Part shown: positions 59,129-64,000 of the stretch, piece by piece
Position numbering within the stretch: the stretch's first letter is position 1
Layout of the letters: every line of letters starts with the position of its first letter
Assembly (NCBI GenBank): GCA_037443035.1
Contig: JBBIPC010000022.1
Location: 1-64,000, forward strand
Length of the DNA: 64,000 bases
Source: Chthonomonadales bacterium
GTDB taxonomy: Bacteria > Armatimonadota > Chthonomonadetes > Chthonomonadales > CAJBBX01
Reading direction: 5' to 3'
Translations under genes and position numbers: made by a program
Notes under the pieces: generated by a model
Told to the model about the DNA's origin: nothing
Seen by the model: only the letters and a program-made list of their open reading frames with translations
The model's database searches: none

Positions 59129-59980
59129 GTAGGGTTCCACGTTACCATGGTGATTCAATGTGATGCGCGAAGCGGCCAGGATCTCGTACATCGCACGGCC
59201 CCATGCTTGGCCGCGGACTGCCAAGCGGAGCGCCTGATGGTCGTTCAAGGTCGAGGTTGCGCTGGTCCATACGTCCACCCGAATTCTCGACGCGACATAC
59301 TCCAGCCATGCGGCGCGACTGCTATGTACACCATGAAAGGAACCCACGAAGCTTATGGGAATGCCTCGCTCTTTAGGCGCTATCTTCTCGAGCACTCGCG
59401 GCTCGAAGCCCAGACGGTGCATCTCGGCTTTGAGGCCGAGCCTCTTGAAGCGTTCAAGCGTCGGCGGGAATGACGTGATGCCAAGATCATACAGATCCCA
59501 GCGTCGGTTCGTTGGGGGATGTGTGGCAGCCAACTGAGCGATGACTAGCTTCGCCCGGATCCTGGCAGCTTCAGTGATGTCATCCCCGATCGTGTGCACA
59601 TCTTGAACGATGACGACGTCTGGACGAAAGTGCTCGAGCTGGGCTTCGACGACTACCCGAGACCATGCAGAATCGGGCACCCGTCGGACCCAAGGAACGA
59701 TCCCTCGACGGAACACAAGCCGGCTCCTGGTGCTGGACGGAACACGCAGTCCATGGTCTCTCGCCCATGCCCTCTGCAGTGGCTCGTTGTTCAGGTAGAG
59801 CTCCCACGCCTCATGGCCGAGGCCGCGGAGATTGTGCGAGTAGAAGTCCGCCATGCTGAACAGGGATGCATAACGCGCCTCAAGCTGGTCGGCATACGAA
59901 GCCTCCGCAAGGCCCGGGTTTGAGCCATACAGATCCGCGAGGAACTCCGGATAGTCCGTATTGAGGATAAGAAAGCGCAT
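58856..59980 (-). CDS. Glycosyltransferase, CgeB/DUF3880 (Glyco_trans_1_2)-type
   Basis: SFVGS, WGRAMYEIL..SRITLNHH, NNLRLFEATGMGALLVTD, GQGRTLREH. Confidence 0.85.
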   Translation of the reverse strand: MRFLILNTDYPEFLADLYGSNPGLAEASYADQLEARYASLFSMADFYSHNLRGLGHEAWELYLNNEPLQRAWARDHGLRVPSSTRSRLVFRRGIVPWVRRVPDSAWSRVVVEAQLEHFRPDVVIVQDVHTIGDDITEAARIRAKLVIAQLAATHPPTNRRWDLYDLGITSFPPTLERFKRLGLKAEMHRLGFEPRVLEKIAPKERGIPISFVGSFHGVHSSRAAWLEYVASRIRVDVWTSATSTLNDHQALRLAVRGQAWGRAMYEILAASRITLNHHGNVEPYANNLRLFEATGMGALLVTDWKPDLGKYFAIGDEVVAYHTAEECVELVRHYLTHSEEAFRIAAAGQGRTLREHNWKLRMQELVAIVERYLD

Positions 59981-60946
59981 CTATCCCTCGAACCGGCGCG
60001 ATCGTCGCATCGCCTCGAGCTGTCCGCAGACCTGCCCCAGCCGTTCGAGACGATACGATGCATGTTCCCAGATGTAGTTCGGTAATGTTGGGTAGCGATG
60101 CCGATCCCGAAGGAAAGTGGCCATTGCCACATCAAGGCCGAAGCCCACTGCGACGCGAAGGGCCTTCACCCACAGACGAATGGAACCGGCGGCGGACATC
60201 AAATCGCCACCACCACAGCGGTACCCGTATAGCCCCCCGAGGAACCGCCGCCGCATGATCCACAAAACGCGCATCTTCTCCGGTCTGACAAGGTGGAATA
60301 CATACAGTGCTGGATCGTAGTAGACACACTCTGGGCCATAGTGGTTGCGCAATCGTTTCTGCAGAGCCGTTTCCTCACCGTATGCCATCGTCATGCCCGT
60401 CATTCCGAGATCTGGGTCGAACCCGCCGACCTTCTCCAACGCGTCCTTGCGGATGACCATGTTCATTCCCGACAGAGTACGGTCCTTCGACGGTCCGGCC
60501 GCGGTCCCAAAGTTGGCCGAACCGTAATCATCGCGAAACCACCTCGGTTTGGGCACCATGTAGAACGCCCGAGCTGGACCTCCTAACATGACGGGGCGAA
60601 TCTCGCGTATCACCCGCAGCGCGCTGGAGACCCACTCCGGCGGCAGCTTGCAGTCGTCGTCCACGTAGCCGACGTACTCGCCGCGCGCCTCACGGTATCC
60701 CCGGTTGCGGGCGTGCGACAGGCCCACTTGTTCCTCGCGAACGTAGCGCAGGGCAGGAATCCTTCCCTCATAAGAGGCCACGACCGATGCAATGTCCTTC
60801 GGCGACGCGTTGTCTATGACGAGGACCTCGTACGCATCCCGCGGTGCATCCTGCTCGGCGATCGTCCCCAGCACCTGCTCAACCAGGTCTGGGCGGTTGT
60901 ACGTGCAGATGACGACGGAGAGTGGGAGACCGTTAGCGCCCGACAC
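59981..60946 (-). CDS. Glycosyltransferase family 2
   Basis: SVVICTYNR, VIDNAS, GLSHARNRG, YVDDD, YGEE. Confidence 0.94.
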   Translation of the reverse strand: MSGANGLPLSVVICTYNRPDLVEQVLGTIAEQDAPRDAYEVLVIDNASPKDIASVVASYEGRIPALRYVREEQVGLSHARNRGYREARGEYVGYVDDDCKLPPEWVSSALRVIREIRPVMLGGPARAFYMVPKPRWFRDDYGSANFGTAAGPSKDRTLSGMNMVIRKDALEKVGGFDPDLGMTGMTMAYGEETALQKRLRNHYGPECVYYDPALYVFHLVRPEKMRVLWIMRRRFLGGLYGYRCGGGDLMSAAGSIRLWVKALRVAVGFGLDVAMATFLRDRHRYPTLPNYIWEHASYRLERLGQVCGQLEAMRRSRRFEG

Positions 60947-62099
60947 GCTGAAGCCCCTCCTCGATCCACTCGACTGTCTCGCGCACCATCTTTTCCGGGC
61001 TGAACTCGGTTCGAATGCGCTCGCGACCGATCTCGCCCATTCGGCGAGCCATGCCAGGGTCGTCCATGATCGTCAGGATCGCCTCGGCCATGGCCTCGGC
61101 ATCGTCAGGTGGCGTAAGGATCGCGCATCCATCCTGACCCACGGCTTCCCGTATGCCCGGGATGTCCGTTGCCACCACGGGCAGTCCTGCCGCCATGCCC
61201 TCTAACACCCCGTTTGGGACACCCTCGAACTTGGAGCTGAACACGCAGCAGTCGGACGCAACCAGCAGGCCGGTCACGTCCTGCACCGCTCCAAGGAAAC
61301 GAACCGAACGCCCAAGATCGAGGTCGAATGCTTGCGCCTTCAGAGCTTCGCCCGTGTTCTCAGGTCTACCAGCGAGGAGCAGCACGGTCTCCCGTCCACA
61401 ACTCACATTGTCTATCACAATGCGCCAAGCATTCAGGAGGGTCGCATGATCCTTGAACCCGTGTAGGTTGGCTGCCATGCATGCCACGAACACGTCGTCG
61501 GCGATCCCGAGACGCTGCCGCCATGTCCTTCGGTCATGGAGTGGCGGTATCAGCTCGATGCCATTCAGGATCACGCGCACGTGGTCTCTTGGAGCGCCGA
61601 GCGCGTTCACGAGGAACTCGGCTCCGTGCGATGAGTTGGAGGCGAACCATGGCGTCCGGCGGACAGCCAACCTCTCCCAGCGAGGCTCGACGCGTTGCCG
61701 ACCCTCGTCACGTTGGTTCCACATGCAGATTCGCGCGCCCGTGAGCCTCCAGATGAGACCGCAGACGGCGTTGGGGTGCATCGTATAGGGGAGGATCACA
61801 TTGGGTCCGAGCCGTCGCAGGTCCCGGGCAACGCGCAGTAGCATGGCCGCTCGCTTGAGTCGGCCGGGCTCCCAGACGAACGGTACGATGCCCCACGGCA
61901 CGCCGACCAGGTCACACAGCTCCGCAGCGGTCCCCGGGCGTCCGAAGGCAGTCACGATGACGTCCGCGCCACACCGCTCCTTCAGGTGTCTGGCGAGGAG
62001 GATAGCCTGCCGCTCAGCGCCGCCGAGCAAGAGACCGTTGAGTACGAAGACGAATCGGCGGGCCGGGGACCTGACGAGAAGGTTGCCGCCGGCGGTCAA
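60933..62099 (-). CDS. Glycosyltransferase family 4
   Basis: GGAERQ, KDH, EGVPNGVLEGMAAGLPVVATD; start TTG 62099 inferred (ORF is open to 62132). Confidence 0.9.
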   Translation of the reverse strand: MTAGGNLLVRSPARRFVFVLNGLLLGGAERQAILLARHLKERCGADVIVTAFGRPGTAAELCDLVGVPWGIVPFVWEPGRLKRAAMLLRVARDLRRLGPNVILPYTMHPNAVCGLIWRLTGARICMWNQRDEGRQRVEPRWERLAVRRTPWFASNSSHGAEFLVNALGAPRDHVRVILNGIELIPPLHDRRTWRQRLGIADDVFVACMAANLHGFKDHATLLNAWRIVIDNVSCGRETVLLLAGRPENTGEALKAQAFDLDLGRSVRFLGAVQDVTGLLVASDCCVFSSKFEGVPNGVLEGMAAGLPVVATDIPGIREAVGQDGCAILTPPDDAEAMAEAILTIMDDPGMARRMGEIGRERIRTEFSPEKMVRETVEWIEEGLQRVGR

Positions 62100-62112
62100 G
62101 GTTCCCTCGCCA

Positions 62113-63102
62113 TTACGTCCACGCCCCGACACGGCCGCGGCTCGAACGGCTTGTCGGAGCGCCTTCGATCAGGGCCGCGCACACGCGCTCACGGGCATCG
62201 GTTAGCGCCAACATGGTACCCCCGCCGCCGGCGCCGGCGAGCTTGGCTCCGAAAGCCCCTGCCGAGCGCGCGGCTTGAATGAGCCGTTCGTGAGCCGGTC
62301 CCGAGCCGCCAAGATCCGCCACGATCCTGTGGTTCTCATTCATCAGCGCGCCAAGACGCTTCCAGTCCCGATCCAGCAGCGCACGCTTTCCCCCTCGTGC
62401 AGGCCGGGCGATCTCCTCGTAACCGTCGATGACTGCGCGATCCCCTTCCAGCCACCGTTGCCGGGGCGACGTGTGGACATCGCCGCTGTGGTGCTCGACG
62501 CCTGTGTGCGTGGCGATGAGCGGTAGCTCTGGCACATACGCTCCGAGCGGTTCCACGGTCGCAAGGGGTTCGTCGTCGGCCTGCTCCAAGCTCGCCTTAT
62601 CCCGACAGTCGATCAGGTTGAGGCCACCGAGCGCGGCCCTATGCGCATCTTGGTAACCACATAGAACCCCCAGGCTCCGGTACTCTACCTTGCGCGCCGT
62701 CTCTGCAAGCGCCCAAGGATGCAGGTTCCACACAAACCAGTGGTCGAGCGCTCCAACGGCGGCCGCAATAAGCGCCGCCGACCCACCCATGCCCGCCTGA
62801 ACCGGCACATCAGTGGTTAGCTCCATGCGCATACCCGCTTCCGGCCCAATGTCGAGTTGGCGCAGGATCGCCCTGGCCATATCCAGCCCATCGCCGGCCG
62901 GGTGCACATCGGCCTCCGAACGTACTTCAAGCTCGCTGCCGGCACAGGCGACCGTCAGCCCCTCCGCCGGGCGCAGCACGCACTGCGCCCGCTCTTGCGT
63001 CGTGACACTGATCACCGTCCCGCCGTACATATCCGTCGGGTTGCCGACGATCCCCACGCGGCCCGGGGCGGTAGCGACTACTGTCGCGTCGGGCAGCCGC
63101 AT
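62113..63102 (-). CDS. GHMP-family sugar kinase (glucuronokinase-like); possible frameshift near the 3' end
   Basis: APGRVGIVGNPTD, PVQAGMGGSAA, GYQD, GAKLAGAGGGG. Confidence 0.82.
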   Translation of the reverse strand: MRLPDATVVATAPGRVGIVGNPTDMYGGTVISVTTQERAQCVLRPAEGLTVACAGSELEVRSEADVHPAGDGLDMARAILRQLDIGPEAGMRMELTTDVPVQAGMGGSAALIAAAVGALDHWFVWNLHPWALAETARKVEYRSLGVLCGYQDAHRAALGGLNLIDCRDKASLEQADDEPLATVEPLGAYVPELPLIATHTGVEHHSGDVHTSPRQRWLEGDRAVIDGYEEIARPARGGKRALLDRDWKRLGALMNENHRIVADLGGSGPAHERLIQAARSAGAFGAKLAGAGGGGTMLALTDARERVCAALIEGAPTSRSSRGRVGAWT

Positions 63103-63105
63103 AGA

Positions 63106-64000
63106 TCACTCCTTGTCGGCCAAGTTCATGCGCGCCCTTATGGCGTGTCGCCATGAGTATGGTATTGTGGCACGCAGAACTACGCGCAGCGCACGACCGG
63201 GAGCAGTCTCCGCAGCGCTCTTGACAATAGTTCGAACAAGCTCTTTTCTCAAGGCGGGCCCCCAGTTGGCAGCGATCAGACGCGCGACTTGAACTGGTCG
63301 CTCCATGGGCGAGTAATACCGCTTGATCGCTGCCAGACCGTACGCAACGTTCCGTGGTCGAATTTCATCTGGCAGGTAGTGCGCGATGACACGACGCATG
63401 GCGAGGTGCCCCTGGCGTATGCGTTTCACGTTCGATGTAAGGCTCCCCGCAGAGAAGCGAATCAGAGCGAGTGCTTCTGGAGCGCAGTGGTAGGCGAACT
63501 CAACCCCGTGCGCAGCCAGTCTGATCCACAGTTCCCAATCTTCTGACGCCACAAGGCGTTCGTCAAGGTCTCCATACCTGTCAATTAGGGATTTGCGAAA
63601 CAAGGGACAACAGCTGTGAAAGGGTGGAGCGCCCAGGCATCGGTCCAGCCAAGTCCCAGGACTGCGGGAATGCGCTTCGATCCAGGGACCGTCCCCGCCG
63701 CCCGGAACTCGCTTGAACCAGCGAAGGTCGGGCTGCTCGGTGGTGAATACCCGTGCATCGCCATACACGAGCCCGATCTCCGGATGCTGCTCTAGGAAGC
63801 TCACATGCGTCTCAAGTTTCCGACGCTCGAGCCGATCATCGGCATCGAGAAACTGGACGTATTCGCCGCTGCACGATCGCAAGCCATGGTTGCGCGCGGA
63901 CGAGGGCCCGCGGTGCGTCCCATACAGGTATCGCACGCGTGCATCGGCGCCGGTTAGGTCAGTTGCCACGGTCCGTGTGTCGTCGATAGATCCGTCGTCT
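63106..64000 (-). CDS. Glycosyltransferase family 2, 5' end outside window
   Basis: Frame is open to the edge: DDGSIDDT...GPSSARNHG...FLDADD...SEDWELW. Confidence 0.9.
   Translation of the reverse strand, partial: DDGSIDDTRTVATDLTGADARVRYLYGTHRGPSSARNHGLRSCSGEYVQFLDADDRLERRKLETHVSFLEQHPEIGLVYGDARVFTTEQPDLRWFKRVPGGGDGPWIEAHSRSPGTWLDRCLGAPPFHSCCPLFRKSLIDRYGDLDERLVASEDWELWIRLAAHGVEFAYHCAPEALALIRFSAGSLTSNVKRIRQGHLAMRRVIAHYLPDEIRPRNVAYGLAAIKRYYSPMERPVQVARLIAANWGPALRKELVRTIVKSAAETAPGRALRVVLRATIPYSWRHAIRARMNLADKE

Overview
A GC-rich bacterial window. The gene repertoire (orphan prepilin-type protein, PmoA/DUF6807-like protein, several sulfatase-family genes, DUF3866) would fit Armatimonadota or a similar lineage, but that is inference only. 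The left half (1-36.5 kb) holds housekeeping and catabolic genes. It contains the str operon (rpsL-rpsG-fusA-start of tuf, minus strand) behind a consensus TTGACA-N18-TATAAT promoter, two signalling modules, two sulfatase-family genes, yebC, a rhomboid, uppP, a degenerate PTS enzyme I-like gene and two MFS transporters. It also holds a mutS2-cdd-mtlD-SIS-peptidase-DUF3866-NUDIX run, a ChbG/HpnK deacetylase, a penicillin-acylase-family gene, a GH29 fucosidase and pilC. The right half (36.6-64 kb, all minus strand, running off the window) is a large surface-glycan locus. It has about 15 GT2/GT4/GT9/GT47-type glycosyltransferases, an O-antigen-ligase-like protein, methyltransferases, epimerases and a GHMP kinase. 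The most striking structure is inside this locus: two cassettes, each bracketed by direct repeats that span a gene junction (981 bp identical core, 3746 bp apart; 307 bp identical core, 3446 bp apart). One crossover in either pair would excise the cassette and restore an intact gene order. Several pseudogenes and gene remnants cluster around them. No rRNA, tRNA, CRISPR array, transposase or integrase was recognised.
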